IMG/VR virus record: IMGVR_UViG_3300020162_002681
Location: 1-64,000 of that record
Strand: one strand, 5' to 3'
Source: a virus
Length of the DNA: 64,000 bases
Position 1 is the stretch's first letter. The number at the start of each line of letters is the position of its first letter. The notes below the pieces were generated by a model that saw only the letters and a program-made list of their open reading frames with translations, was not told where the DNA came from and made no database searches. This document shows, in pieces, positions 28,143-39,527 of the stretch. The position numbers and the translations under genes were made by a program.

Positions 28143-30386
28143 ATGCAAGTAAAAAAACTCGATGGCTCATTGCAAAATCTTGACTACCAAAAGATTCATG
28201 CAATGGTTGAAATTTGTGTGGCTGGAATCGAAAATGTAAGCGTCTCAGACGTTATCATGGGCGCAAAACTTAACTTCTACGATGGTATCTCAACTCAAGA
28301 CATTCAGACTGCGCTAGTGAAAAGTGCCGAGAACTTGATGACTGCGCGTAACCCTAACTATTCATTGCTTGCAGGTCGCTTGCTCCTCACACAGCTTCGT
28401 AAACAGGTATGGGGGCAGTGGGAAGTTCCTTACCTCTCGGATGTAGTTTTCGCTAATACTTTGCGAGGCTTTTATGACGAGGAATTACAAAGCTTTTATT
28501 CTTCTGAAGAGTGGACTGAACTCAACGACTACATTAACCACGACCGCGACCTCGACTACACCAGCGCTTCCATTCAGCAATTCAAAGACAAGTACAGCGT
28601 CAAAAACCGTGTTACTGGACAAATCTACGAAACTCCGCAAGTAGCTTACATGCTGATTGCTGCGGCTGGGTTTGCTCACGAGGATAAATCGATTCGGATG
28701 CAGTTTGTTAAAGATGCCTACGACGCTTTTTCGACGGAAACTATCTCACTTGCCACACCAATTCGTGCAGGTATGCGTACAAGTTCCAAACAATATGCAA
28801 GTTGTGTCTTGATTGCGGCTGATGATGACCGTAAATCGATTGCTGCGGCTCAGTCTGCGATGATGGAGTACGTTTGCCTCCGTTCAGGTATTGGCGTTGA
28901 CTTTGGAAGATGGAGAGCGCTCAACTCCCCTATCCGTAATGGTTCCGTCAAACACACTGGCGCAATTGGTTTCCTCAAGTCCTATGAAGCTACAATCAAC
29001 GCCTGTAGCCAAGGTGGGGTTCGGAAGGGTAGTGCGACCATGTTTTACCCAATTTGGCACAAAGATGTCTTGTCATTCTTACCTTTAACTAATGGCAAAG
29101 GCACAGAAGAAACCAGAACAAGAGGACTTGACTATGGTGTAGGTATTTCTAAACTATTCTATGAGCGCCTTCAAAATGGGCAAGACATCGCATTGTTTGA
29201 CCCTAATCACCTTAAGGGTAAATATAATTTGTATGAGAATTTCGGGCTAGAATCTTTCGATGCTTTGTATTTAGCTGCTGAGGCTGACGCGGAAATTGAG
29301 AAGACTTATATCCCTGCAACGAAACTTTGGACAATCTTGGCTCAGGAACGTGGAGAAACAGGACAAGTTTATATTCTGAATGTTGACCATGTGAACACTC
29401 ATAGTTCTTTTACAAATCCGATATTCTCCTCAAATTTATGTATGGAAATCACGTTGCCAATCCGTCCTTTCTATTCTCTGACAGATGAGACTGGAGAAAT
29501 TGCAACTTGTATTCTCGCAGCCCTCAATCCTACAAGACTTAACAGTGAGTCCCAATACCAAAAAGCATCTCGGATTGTTGTACGTTTTCTTGACAATATC
29601 ATCGAATATCAAGACTACCCATTTGTAATGTCTGAGAATGGCTCCAAAGGCAGACGCTCAATCGGGGTCGGGTTCAACGACTTTGCACATTGGTTGGCTC
29701 TGATTGGGGTAGAATGGGGGAGTGATGAGATGTTAGCGGAAGTGCATCAACTGGCTGAGATGCACCAATATCATCTGCTCAAAGCTAGTAATGAGCTAGC
29801 TATTGAGAAAGGGGTTTGTAGTAAATTTGATGAAACTAAATACTCCCTTGGTATTCTCCCAATCGACACTTATTATAAAAATGTTGATAATCTTGTTGCC
29901 CCGAACTATCACTACGACTGGGAAGCTTTGCGTGAATCTATTCTTGAACATGGGCTTCGCAACAGCACTGTTACCGCGCAAATGCCTTGCGAGAGTAGTA
30001 GCTTGACTGGTTCTGGTTCCACCAACGGGATTGAGCCTCCACGTTCCGCTATTGGCATCAAAGACAGCAGTACAAACACACTCAAATTTGCTATTCCCGA
30101 TGTAGATAAAGTCGAATATCAATATGCTTGGTCTTTTTCTTCTAACGAAGCTTACTTGAACACTGTCGCAGTTATTCAGAAGTTCTTTGACCAGTCCATC
30201 AGTGCTAACACTTATTACAACCCTCTTCTGTACCCAGATTCAAAAGTACCTCTTCAGGTAGTTCTCGATGACCTCATTTACGCATATAGTATTGGTCTGA
30301 AGAGCTTGTATTATCACAATACGCATGACATGTCTGATAATGGTCTATCTTCGTCTTCTTGCAGTTCTGGAGCTTGTGCGCTATAA
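28143..30386 (+). CDS. nrdA: Class Ia ribonucleotide reductase alpha subunit
   Basis: N-terminal ATP cone, ETPQ, SCVL, SNLCMEI, C-terminal C-x-x-G-A-C. Confidence 0.97.
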   Translation: MQVKKLDGSLQNLDYQKIHAMVEICVAGIENVSVSDVIMGAKLNFYDGISTQDIQTALVKSAENLMTARNPNYSLLAGRLLLTQLRKQVWGQWEVPYLSDVVFANTLRGFYDEELQSFYSSEEWTELNDYINHDRDLDYTSASIQQFKDKYSVKNRVTGQIYETPQVAYMLIAAAGFAHEDKSIRMQFVKDAYDAFSTETISLATPIRAGMRTSSKQYASCVLIAADDDRKSIAAAQSAMMEYVCLRSGIGVDFGRWRALNSPIRNGSVKHTGAIGFLKSYEATINACSQGGVRKGSATMFYPIWHKDVLSFLPLTNGKGTEETRTRGLDYGVGISKLFYERLQNGQDIALFDPNHLKGKYNLYENFGLESFDALYLAAEADAEIEKTYIPATKLWTILAQERGETGQVYILNVDHVNTHSSFTNPIFSSNLCMEITLPIRPFYSLTDETGEIATCILAALNPTRLNSESQYQKASRIVVRFLDNIIEYQDYPFVMSENGSKGRRSIGVGFNDFAHWLALIGVEWGSDEMLAEVHQLAEMHQYHLLKASNELAIEKGVCSKFDETKYSLGILPIDTYYKNVDNLVAPNYHYDWEALRESILEHGLRNSTVTAQMPCESSSLTGSGSTNGIEPPRSAIGIKDSSTNTLKFAIPDVDKVEYQYAWSFSSNEAYLNTVAVIQKFFDQSISANTYYNPLLYPDSKVPLQVVLDDLIYAYSIGLKSLYYHNTHDMSDNGLSSSSCSSGACAL

Positions 30387-31520
30387 ATGAAAGTAATCAA
30401 TTTTGAAAAAGAGAATCAAACCCAACCCCTCTTTTTGGGGGAAAGCCTCGGTGTCCAGAAGTATCTATCACCCCAACACCCTAAACTCGAAGCTCTGACC
30501 GTTCGCCAAATGGAATACTTCTGGCGACCCGAACGACACGCAGCTAACATCGCTCAAGACAACCTTGACTATCCAAACCTAACCGAGTCCGAGCGCCACG
30601 TATTCCTCTCTAACATTCAATATCAGATTGTTCTCGATACTATTCAAGGTCGTGCAATCATTCCTGCTCTGATGCCTTTTGTAAGTTGCGATGAGCTTGA
30701 ATCTTGTATCACAGCTTGGCAATTCTTTGAGAATATTCACAGCCGTAGCTACTCATTCATCCTTAAAAACGTGCTTCCACAGCCTGAAGATGTGTTCGAT
30801 GGTATAGATAAGGTTCAGGAGATTATTGCGCGGTCTAACGACATTTGCAGCCAGTATGAAGAGTTGATTACCTATGCTATTCAATACTCAGAGAGAACTT
30901 CCTACTCTGAAAAAATCCCTCTTGATAAAGATGAGCTAGACACATTAAAAACTTCGATTTACCTTACGCTCATTTCTGTCAACATTCTTGAAGGTGTTCG
31001 TTTCTATACTTCATTTGCTTGCTCGTTTGCACTCGCAGAAAATAATAAAATGCTTGGTACTGGCAAGATTTTAAGTGAGATTGCGAGGGACGAAGCAGTG
31101 CATCTAAATATCACACAATATTTAGTAAATACTCTTAATTCAGATAAAGATTGGCTACACATCACTCAAGACCTTAAGATTCGCTCTCAAGTTGAAGCTA
31201 TGTATCGCTCAGCCGTACAACAGGAAGAGGATTGGGCAAAGTACCTCTTTAGTAAGGGTTGCCTTTTAGGACTTAATGAGGCTATACTGAGCGAATTTAT
31301 ACGTTGGATTTGCAATATGCGTACAGATGTTATCGGATATGGTCAACTGTATCCAGAATCGAAGTCTAACCCGATAACTTGGATTCTACGTCACCTTGGT
31401 GGTGCTGAAACTCAATCAGCCTTGCAAGAAACAGTGACCAACACTTATCTCGAAGGTGGTGGACTTGACCTTACCAAACCCCTTAATTTCAGTTCTAAAA
31501 AGAGGAAATTTTCACTATGA
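30387..31520 (+). CDS. nrdB: Class Ia ribonucleotide reductase beta subunit
   Basis: FWRPE, LDTIQGR, ENIHSRSY, LEGVRFY, RDEAVH. Confidence 0.97.
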   Translation: MKVINFEKENQTQPLFLGESLGVQKYLSPQHPKLEALTVRQMEYFWRPERHAANIAQDNLDYPNLTESERHVFLSNIQYQIVLDTIQGRAIIPALMPFVSCDELESCITAWQFFENIHSRSYSFILKNVLPQPEDVFDGIDKVQEIIARSNDICSQYEELITYAIQYSERTSYSEKIPLDKDELDTLKTSIYLTLISVNILEGVRFYTSFACSFALAENNKMLGTGKILSEIARDEAVHLNITQYLVNTLNSDKDWLHITQDLKIRSQVEAMYRSAVQQEEDWAKYLFSKGCLLGLNEAILSEFIRWICNMRTDVIGYGQLYPESKSNPITWILRHLGGAETQSALQETVTNTYLEGGGLDLTKPLNFSSKKRKFSL

Positions 31521-32280
31521 GATATTTCAACTACCGCTTTGACCAAAAAGACGGCTTCAGTAAAGCAAACTGGTACTCACCATCCTCAAATACTTGGAGG
31601 CAAGACGAATTACCTTTCTTTGCCCTCCGCGTACTAGTTGATTTCTGTCCTCGCGGAGCTGACCAAAATCAAGTTATGTTGCGCGTAGGTAATTGGAAGT
31701 TAACTATATTTTTCTCTTTCATTTACACAAAAAAGAAGCTCGTTAATTCTGAGGCGCTTGCCCACGAAATATCTCCTTACCTGCACCATCTCAGAAGTGG
31801 CGCTTTATCTGTAGAAGACATTCGCAGAGCTTTGGAGTTGACTATTGATTCAGGTGTAACCGCAGAGCAAGTTATCGAAAACATCAAACGTCTAGGAAGT
31901 AAGTAGTATGTGGCTAACACTAAAAGATTTCCAAGACCAAATCGACAAGTTCTACGAGATTAGCGGTGAATACCCCAGAGAACTTCAATTGTCACTAAAA
32001 GTTCCTAGACCTAAAGGATTTCGCGCCTACTGTAACAGAATGAAAATCAAGGTGAGTTATGTCTAACAGCGTACAAGAGCGTTTCATTATTGAGCAAAAA
32101 TATCAATTCTCAGATTGGAGTATTTACCCTTATTATCCAAGAGGATTACTTAGTCTTAATGATGCTCAAGAAGCCGTAAAGCTTGCAGAAAAGAATGATA
32201 ATGATTTCCCAGCTTACCCTAAAAGGCAATTCCAAATCGTAAGACAGACTACAACTGTTACCAGAGAGGTAATTGCATGA
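31517..32280 (+). CDS. Hypothetical proteins (31517-31906, 32059-32280, with a short ORF between)
   Basis: Co-directional ORFs. Confidence 0.6.
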
Positions 32281-32747
32281 TTGACCCAACTCAAGATGGT
32301 AAGACTCATATTAATATCTGGGCTAAAGGCGCGACTTTTATCGGCAAATTCCTCGCTCCTCGAACTCTTTGCGAACTAAATCTTCCCGAAGGACGATTCC
32401 TGTGCGTAGCTGCATACTGGTATCATCTAACTTGCAAAGAAGATAGCCGCCTGAGTCATGTAAATGGCTGGGAAACTGAACTTCTTGCTACCCAACTCTC
32501 GCCACTGCCTAGAAGCCAGCAACTACCCGCAGCCGAACTTCAAGCGAAAATCAAAAAAGCGCTCGACCAAAAAATCAAGTGGAGCGAGTACTGGCAAGAA
32601 GAGTTCACTGAATCAACACTTCCTTTTCTGCAATATCACCTTGACGTTGAGGGTAATGTGGTTGACGAGAGTAGAAAATATCGATGGCTGCTAAGCCACC
32701 TTGAAGCAAGACGTACACTATTACAACAACGGAGAGACGCAGCATGA
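32277..32747 (+). CDS. Phage protein, possibly NADAR/gp30.3-related
   Basis: DG-x-THINIW-x-KG-x-T-x-x-G-x-x-L and G-x-F-x-x-V-x-x-YWY blocks resemble a large-phage family as I recall it. Confidence 0.5.
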   Translation: MIDPTQDGKTHINIWAKGATFIGKFLAPRTLCELNLPEGRFLCVAAYWYHLTCKEDSRLSHVNGWETELLATQLSPLPRSQQLPAAELQAKIKKALDQKIKWSEYWQEEFTESTLPFLQYHLDVEGNVVDESRKYRWLLSHLEARRTLLQQRRDAA

Positions 32748-32895
32748 CAGTGCCGTTTAAATATCGTCTGCACCGCAAGACCGTCGAAGTCTACCCACAC
32801 ACCCGCACATTCTGGGCAGTTCAATTCTCTTGCGACGGACAAAATTGGTTTGAGCTTGATGAAATTACGACTGTACCACTAACCGCACTACCACA

Positions 32896-33177
32896 ATGAA
32901 TGAGCAACAATACCTAGACTACATTAAAAAATACTTACAAGAAGCAACCACGAAATATTACTTTGAGCTAGGCTTATACCCTGCCAATGGAGATAATTAC
33001 CCTCAAGAATGTTATGCAAGCTTGAATTTTGCTTTACAAGACGATAGTGTGAAAATACTGGAGTCTGGTGTTTCTATGGTAGAAGCGCTTAGTAATCTCG
33101 TAACCTATCTTCAGCACCCCTCAAACCAACATTACAGAACTACGGATTTTACATTACCTGAGTACAACCATGAATAG
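32896..33177 (+). CDS. Hypothetical protein
   Basis: 93 aa, overlaps the start of the next gene. Confidence 0.65.
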   Translation: MNEQQYLDYIKKYLQEATTKYYFELGLYPANGDNYPQECYASLNFALQDDSVKILESGVSMVEALSNLVTYLQHPSNQHYRTTDFTLPEYNHE

Positions 33178-34075
33178 CTACACTTCCGCAGACCTCACTT
33201 ATGCTTTTCTGTTGCAAGACATTCTACGCCTCAACAACGTAGTCGAAACTCGCAACCATTCATGTTACTGCAATCCTTTTCTCGATAACGTGACATTCGA
33301 CTCTCTACCCCTCATTACTGTTCGCAAGACTGCTTGGAAACTTGCTCTGACTGAGATGGAGTGGTTCATGTCAGGGGAATCAAAATGCCCTGAAAAACTA
33401 CAGAAATGGTGGGCTGGACAGCTTAATGAACACGGACACTACATCGACGGTTACAGCCACCAACTTCGCCAATCCACTTACTCTACTTCTGAAGGGCTGG
33501 CAGCCTGTTTCGACCAAATTAAATATATCCTTGACGGTATTAAAGGACATCCCCACTCTCGCCGTTTAAGAATTACGACTTGGAATACAGGGGAGATGGC
33601 TAATATTACAAAAACTAATAATAATACGAAAACACCAACTTCATGTCATGGTTCGTTTGTTCAGTTCTTTGTTGTGGATGGTGCTTTGCATATCAAGCAT
33701 CTTCAAGCTAGTATTGACACCTTACTCGGTTTGCCACACAACTTCGTCCAGTACTGGGCGTTACTCACTTACTTCGCCTTTCACGCCAATCTTAAAGTCG
33801 GTTCACTTACTTGGGTATTTGGCGATGCTCATATCTACAACGAAGAGTCTCATATCAAAGCTGCTCAGGATATAAGTTATTTTGCAAATCAAGCATTGAG
33901 AGCTAATACACTTGGGTCGTTTAGCTATCCTAAACCTGAGATTGAACTTAATCTTGCCTACAACTACTCTGGCGAACTTGACTCATTTGGCACACCTAAA
34001 TTCGCTGCTGCTGACTTCACTATCGAAGGTGAAATTCCCAAGCCAACTGTGTTGACCAAACCTAAATTGCTATAA
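33170..34075 (+). CDS. thyA: Thymidylate synthase family protein (divergent)
   Basis: EMEWF, DQI, SRR, WN, catalytic SCH, D-x-x-LGLPHN, GDAHIY. Confidence 0.85.
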   Translation: MNSYTSADLTYAFLLQDILRLNNVVETRNHSCYCNPFLDNVTFDSLPLITVRKTAWKLALTEMEWFMSGESKCPEKLQKWWAGQLNEHGHYIDGYSHQLRQSTYSTSEGLAACFDQIKYILDGIKGHPHSRRLRITTWNTGEMANITKTNNNTKTPTSCHGSFVQFFVVDGALHIKHLQASIDTLLGLPHNFVQYWALLTYFAFHANLKVGSLTWVFGDAHIYNEESHIKAAQDISYFANQALRANTLGSFSYPKPEIELNLAYNYSGELDSFGTPKFAAADFTIEGEIPKPTVLTKPKLL

Positions 34076-34105
34076 TCTATTCCTCTAGATAGATACAATT
34101 CAACA

Positions 34106-34150
34106 TTACAGAGTGTTAGCTTTAGGACAGTAAACACTCTGTAATTTTTT
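34106..34150 (+). terminator. Intrinsic terminator overlapping the promoter at 34088-34122
   Basis: ATTACAGAGTGTT/AACACTCTGTAAT followed by a T-run. Confidence 0.75.
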
Positions 34151-34152
34151 CC

Positions 34153-35551
34153 ATGCGTGAATTAGGCGACAAAGTTGCTATCATCTACAAAGCTAATGTA
34201 GTTTTTGGTACTATCATCGAGATTTTCAGTAAGAAAGTTTTCGATGAGAGTCTTTTTGGCTATCGTATTCAATCTGCTGATGCGACTGTTTATTCGCACA
34301 CTCAGCAAACCTCTTTAGACACGAATACTCCCAGACTACTTATCAGTAAAGAATCTGAAATTGCAGAAGAAACTCTTTTTACAATTTTAGATGAAGGTGC
34401 TGGAAGCGAAATTTTCAAAATCAACAATCAAGAAAAGGCAAAATATGCTTAGTTTCATAGTATTTCTCATTGCTACATTTGGAACTGCCTTTGTATGCTG
34501 GCTAATCTCATTAGCTTGCGGCACTGAAGGGAAGGATAATTAATGACAAAGCATGACATCAGACTTCGTGTTAGTTCCCTCATTCGACAACTTAACTATT
34601 CAGAGGTCAAGCTACAACGCCTTGACATCGACAAGCTTCGTAACTGGTGCAATACTAATCTCCCTAACGCAGTTGAAAAATTTAAGCGCAACCGATTCGA
34701 CCTCAATGAAGCAACAACTTGGGAAGAACTTGCTTGCTATAACACCATTCTGCAAATTTACGGTCGTAAAGTTGCCATCTATTTTACCTTTGGGTGGCTC
34801 GATTATCAGGGGGTAAAGGAATTTATCCAGTCTAAGAAGGGGGTAAAGTTCCGTGAAGATTTCGGGCTTGACCATCACAGTGCAATCCTACTTTCGCCCA
34901 CAACATTCTTTTCTGCCGAGTCGCTAGACGAGTTTTGGGTCAGCTTCGACCTAAAAAGTGGTAAGGGATACAACTTCCTCGACTATTCGCATTACAATGA
35001 CGATGAAGATATGGATTCGTCTCAGTACGACTGGCTCAACGAAGCCCTAGCCGAGCAAGAGAATGAAAAAATCAAGAATCCTTACGAAGACTTGAATCGT
35101 CGCACAACTACAACCCGCAAAACTAAAAAATAAAAAGATGTCATTATTACCAACAACTAAAAAATACGTTCGCCAGCCCACCTCGCCTCAAGTTGTCGAG
35201 AGTGAGCCGCACCCTAACACTTTAATGAGTGTACTTGAAGCAGAAGAGTCTCATCTTATAAATGAGCTATTAGGTATTCATGAAGCTAAAAATCGCGAAC
35301 CTAACCTGCGAAACCGACTTAACGTAGTCCAACAATCATTGCAAGCCTTCCGTGCCTTAGATGTTGCTCCTGAGCCTGTACAAGAGCAACAACTGGAATG
35401 TCTGCCTATCCCTCAAGAGAAGCGTATTCGGAAAGCCACAACTGCAAAGACGGTAAAACCTACCCCAAGAAGTATTGCACCAGAACCTGTTGTGAGCGAT
35501 ACTGAAGGTATTGAACTTGTACATGACGATTTCGCAACATTTCCTGAGTAA
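34153..35551 (+). CDS. Three hypothetical proteins (34153-34452, 34543-35133, 35138-35551)
   Basis: Long co-directional ORFs without recognisable motifs. Confidence 0.7.
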
Positions 35552-35556
35552 TAGCT

Positions 35557-36186
35557 ATGCTTACATCTAATGGGGAGTATTTTAATCCTCCTTATATTGA
35601 AAAATGGTACACAGACCTAGATAAACTTTGTAAAAGCCTTAATGTACCTAATCCCGCAACCTCTAGAAAAGAAGAGCCAACCATGACCGACAATAGTTTT
35701 TATTATTCTGACCTAATCGGTATTCCAGTAACCTCAGCATACTCAAAAGCAGCTAGAAACAAGGAGTTGAAGGAGCTATCCGATGCTTTGTATTTGGCAT
35801 TAATTTCCCCTCCTCCCCAATTCCCTAACACTAGCAGTAACGAGAAGTTTCTTGAGCCTGTAACTGTCTTCCATAATGAAGTTTCAGAGTATGACAACGA
35901 ACCTCTTGGCGGTACAGTAAAGTGCAAGCAATTCTACGTCTCTCTCGGCATCTTCGACCTCGACACAACTTCTGCGGTCGCTACTATCACCAAAGACAAC
36001 AAACTTGAACTCACTTGGACTGAACGTGCTGGTAAAGGAAAATTCTCTAGTAAGATTCCTAGCTACCTAGTTGCCACCTCAGCGCCTATACTTAGGTATG
36101 AAGGTGGTGTGTTAGATATTCGAGTTCCAGTGGAGTCACGAAGCAAGAATGAAGCGGTATTTGTCGGTAAGCTTGAATCGAAGTAG
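35557..36186 (+). CDS. Hsp20/alpha-crystallin-like protein (start may be 35683)
   Basis: C-terminal GKFS-x-x-IP...LRYEGGVLDIRVP; followed by a GGGTAG/CTACCC hairpin near 36248. Confidence 0.65.
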   Translation: MLTSNGEYFNPPYIEKWYTDLDKLCKSLNVPNPATSRKEEPTMTDNSFYYSDLIGIPVTSAYSKAARNKELKELSDALYLALISPPPQFPNTSSNEKFLEPVTVFHNEVSEYDNEPLGGTVKCKQFYVSLGIFDLDTTSAVATITKDNKLELTWTERAGKGKFSSKIPSYLVATSAPILRYEGGVLDIRVPVESRSKNEAVFVGKLESK

Positions 36187-36411
36187 AGACGAGCTACGCG
36201 AATTGATTCTACCTATCTTTATTGATAGGGTGAAGCAGGAAATTTCTAGGGGTAGTTGCGGCTACCCTTTCCCATATCAAGGAGAAAACCATGTTTAATC
36301 TTGACGAAATCTACAAGCTGATGTTGGAATATCTGCTAATAGTAGTATTGACTGTGTTTGGATTGAAGATTACACTTCTATTTACACAAACGATTTGGGA
36401 ACTTTATAACT

Positions 36412-36960
36412 ATGGCAGACCCTAGGCACTATAGCATTTCCATCCTTGAAAACTTCTCGGACAAACCGCTACAAGAAATTGCACTTGTAGTTGCAAAAAA
36501 GATTGAAAAAGAAATCTCCGAAGATGACTTCACTCTCTGGGACGAAGTTGAAGACTTAGAGTTAGGCACAAATTTCTTAACTACTAAAGAAGCCTACACT
36601 TGGCATTCTGTGGCGGATGACCTTGCACCAATGTTTACCGATTTCCCTGATACTTGTTTTTGCTTATCTGTCAGTGACGGTGAAGATGGAGGACAATATC
36701 GTATTCTATTTTTCAATGGTAAGGCAGTAACACAGTACCCCGAAATTCGTTACGAAGATTTTCGACCTAACGATTTCGATTACCAAGCTTCGGCAAAAAC
36801 TCCTTTGGAGAGTGCAGAAAACAATGTTGAAGAGCTTATCTCTAAAACTTGCAACAAAATCGCTGCTTCCATGACTGAAGAGCATGACCCTGAATTACTA
36901 GGACTCATCAGACAGAATTTGTTTGGCGATATTATTTTGGAGAACTCACAAGATGCTTGA
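36412..36960 (+). CDS. Acidic hypothetical protein
   Basis: 182-aa ORF. Confidence 0.7.
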   Translation: MADPRHYSISILENFSDKPLQEIALVVAKKIEKEISEDDFTLWDEVEDLELGTNFLTTKEAYTWHSVADDLAPMFTDFPDTCFCLSVSDGEDGGQYRILFFNGKAVTQYPEIRYEDFRPNDFDYQASAKTPLESAENNVEELISKTCNKIAASMTEEHDPELLGLIRQNLFGDIILENSQDA

Positions 36961-37561
36961 CCTAAATGTGACTATGATTGACCCGTCTCAACCTCCCGAC
37001 AGTATCGAAATAGCAAGTGTAGCTTCAGCAGACGACCCAGAGACTCGCAAAATAATTAGAAAACTTTTGACTATGCCACAACCAAATTTGCACTCAATGC
37101 CACAAGCTGCTAACATTCTCAACGTTGACCTGACTAAGCCTGAGAATTGTATTTTCATTCCTGTAAACTGTGTCGGGGTCATGGGTAAGGGCTTGGCACT
37201 CGACTTCAAAGAAATGTATCCAGAATTTTTTGCTCAATACAAAGAGATTTGTCGGTTACATTATTTGCGCGTTGGATTCCCTGAGATTATTTATGGGAAT
37301 GAATCTTTGGGTAGTGTAGTATTATTTGCAACTAAAAAACATTGGCAAGATAAATCCGAAGAGATTTGGATAAAAAGAGGACTTCTAGAACTTGCTGCTA
37401 CAAATGATTTAGATTACGTGAGATGGCGCAAACAAACTCGCAACATTCACATTCCCAAACTTGGATGCGGTCTTGGAGGTCTTAATTGGGCTGACGTAAG
37501 ACCTTTGATTGTGCGATTTGCCGACATGATGCCAGAACACGAAATTTATCTTTATGAATAG
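36953..37561 (+). CDS. Macrodomain ADP-ribosylhydrolase (DarG/TARG1-like)
   Basis: PVNCVGVMGKGLALDFK, FATKKHW, IPKLGCGLGGLNW. Confidence 0.88.
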   Translation: MLDLNVTMIDPSQPPDSIEIASVASADDPETRKIIRKLLTMPQPNLHSMPQAANILNVDLTKPENCIFIPVNCVGVMGKGLALDFKEMYPEFFAQYKEICRLHYLRVGFPEIIYGNESLGSVVLFATKKHWQDKSEEIWIKRGLLELAATNDLDYVRWRKQTRNIHIPKLGCGLGGLNWADVRPLIVRFADMMPEHEIYLYE

Positions 37562-37730
37562 TTATGTTAGGAAGTGTACCAACCGAACCAGAAGAAATTA
37601 AGATTGGGGTATTGACGACGGGCTTAATAAACTTTATATTGATACTCAACACCTTTTACAGAAATATTGTAGTGTAGTCTCTGCCGAATCCACTACAATA
37701 ATCCTTACTAACGTTTTCAGGAGCAAATAG

Positions 37731-38851
37731 ATGTCACGTACCAAAAAACACAGAGATTTATTCTTCCTTCGTTTTCTGCATCAAATGATTAAGGCAATTG
37801 GCAGTCCCTTCACACATCCTCGCGCATCTCGCTGGGCTAAGGTACGCCGTAGAGTCAGCAAACAGTATGGAGGCACTAACTGGGGGGACAAGCAGGGGGT
37901 AGACAGCAGATATAATGACCTACCCTACAAACGTGCAGCCAAGCGAAACGACCGTCGAGAAGCATTACAGCAAGCACATCAACAACTTGAAGAGTACAGA
38001 GATGAAGTGGATTACTTAAGAAGAGTACAGATTCAACGTGATTGGTTTGCTAGTCTTGATGAACCAGAAGAAGAGGAGTTTGACCCAATAGGAGGCTACA
38101 TTGACTAACTTGCGTTGGCAAGATAATGGACAATTTTCTTACGCTTGGTTCGGCATCACTAAGCTCAGCGTCGAGTATGAAGGTGCAATGCACCCTAGAG
38201 GTTCAGATTTACCTACTGGCTATCGAGTCAGTGTTGAGGGGTACAAAAAGCGTGAACTGAAGCACTTATTCAACAGTATGGGTAATGGAAAGATTGCTGC
38301 TGAACGTCTACTCTGGAGAATTGTAAACGAGATGCACCAAGACCTGTCTCAATATTCTTGGGATACGCACAACAAAGAAGAAGTTAAATGGGTGGTTAGA
38401 TGAAATTCCCTAGATTCAAGATTTACTACAATGTTAGTGAAGATTACTATTTCATTAAGGAACGGTTCTGTTTATTCTTCTACAGGCTGAGGATGACGCT
38501 TAATGGGCATGATTACTATACAGTAAACCGATTTAGTTCTCTAGCTGAAGCTGAGGCTTATATTGAGACTACTCTTATGCTTGAAAACCAAGCAAACACA
38601 CCTGATGAAATCAAACTAGTAAAAGAACTATGATATTTGAAGAACTGACAATTGAAGAAGAATCTCTAGAAAACCTTAAGGAGTTCCAAGAACACTATCT
38701 AGGTTTTAGACTACCTTTTTGTGATAACAATAAACTTTTGGTGTCTTTAACTGAGATTATCCTTAAGCAACAAGAACAAATTGAGGAATTAAGGCAGTAT
38801 GTTGAAGACCAAAAAAGAGAGGCTAGATTAGCATCTGAAGACTGCAACTAG
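37731..38851 (+). CDS. Four hypothetical proteins (37731-38108, 38101-38403, 38400-38633, 38630-38851)
   Basis: Coupled ORFs; upstream hairpin TATTGTAGTG/CACTACAATA near 37665-37700. Confidence 0.7.
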
Positions 38852-39357
38852 TAACTCGTAACTGATTTCACGTAAATCAAATTGTTGATACAAGTAAACT
38901 CAATAATTGCGAAGTTACTTGAAAATGCAAAGACGCTCCAAGACCCAAATCTAAAACGGGAATCAAAGCCCGTAATCGTCCAAGCACCACTATTCCTATC
39001 CAACAATAAACTGCCAGCACCATTTCTCAGCGTCGCCTGTAGGTTAATGGTGCTGTTTTGTGTGAAGACCACTCGAACCTGCTCAACGCTTGTAAAATCA
39101 GCTACAGTCGTACCAGAAGTGGTTGTGACGCTTGTAATCATGTTTAATTTATTTGCAGTATTGTTTGACCTGAACCATCGCCCAGCACCAGCAGTCGGAG
39201 CAAATATCTGTCCTGCGACAGTTGCATCAGTAGCAGTGGCATCGTATATTAACCAAGACTTAAGTTCAATGCAAACAACCGCAAAGCCTTGAGGAAGTCC
39301 ACCGACATCAAGATTGAGGACTTCAGTAAGTGTAGAAAAAGAAATAGGGTGAGCCAT
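38848..39357 (-). CDS. Putative virion/tail-associated protein
   Basis: N-terminal W-x-x-Y...P-x-x-G-x-GRWF module shared with the gene at 63224. Confidence 0.65.
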   Translation of the reverse strand: MAHPISFSTLTEVLNLDVGGLPQGFAVVCIELKSWLIYDATATDATVAGQIFAPTAGAGRWFRSNNTANKLNMITSVTTTSGTTVADFTSVEQVRVVFTQNSTINLQATLRNGAGSLLLDRNSGAWTITGFDSRFRFGSWSVFAFSSNFAIIEFTCINNLIYVKSVTSY

Positions 39358-39527
39358 GAGATTTCAAATAAGAAATAAGTTAGATTACAGTGATAGTATA
39401 GCGTTTGAATCTGATAAGTTTTGGGTTGAGATGAAGTTTTATCCTTTAAGTAGTTGGAAAAATATTTGGGTATACCGAAAAATCGCAGGGATTGTTCCTT
39501 GTATCCGTACTCCAACTATGCAAATTT

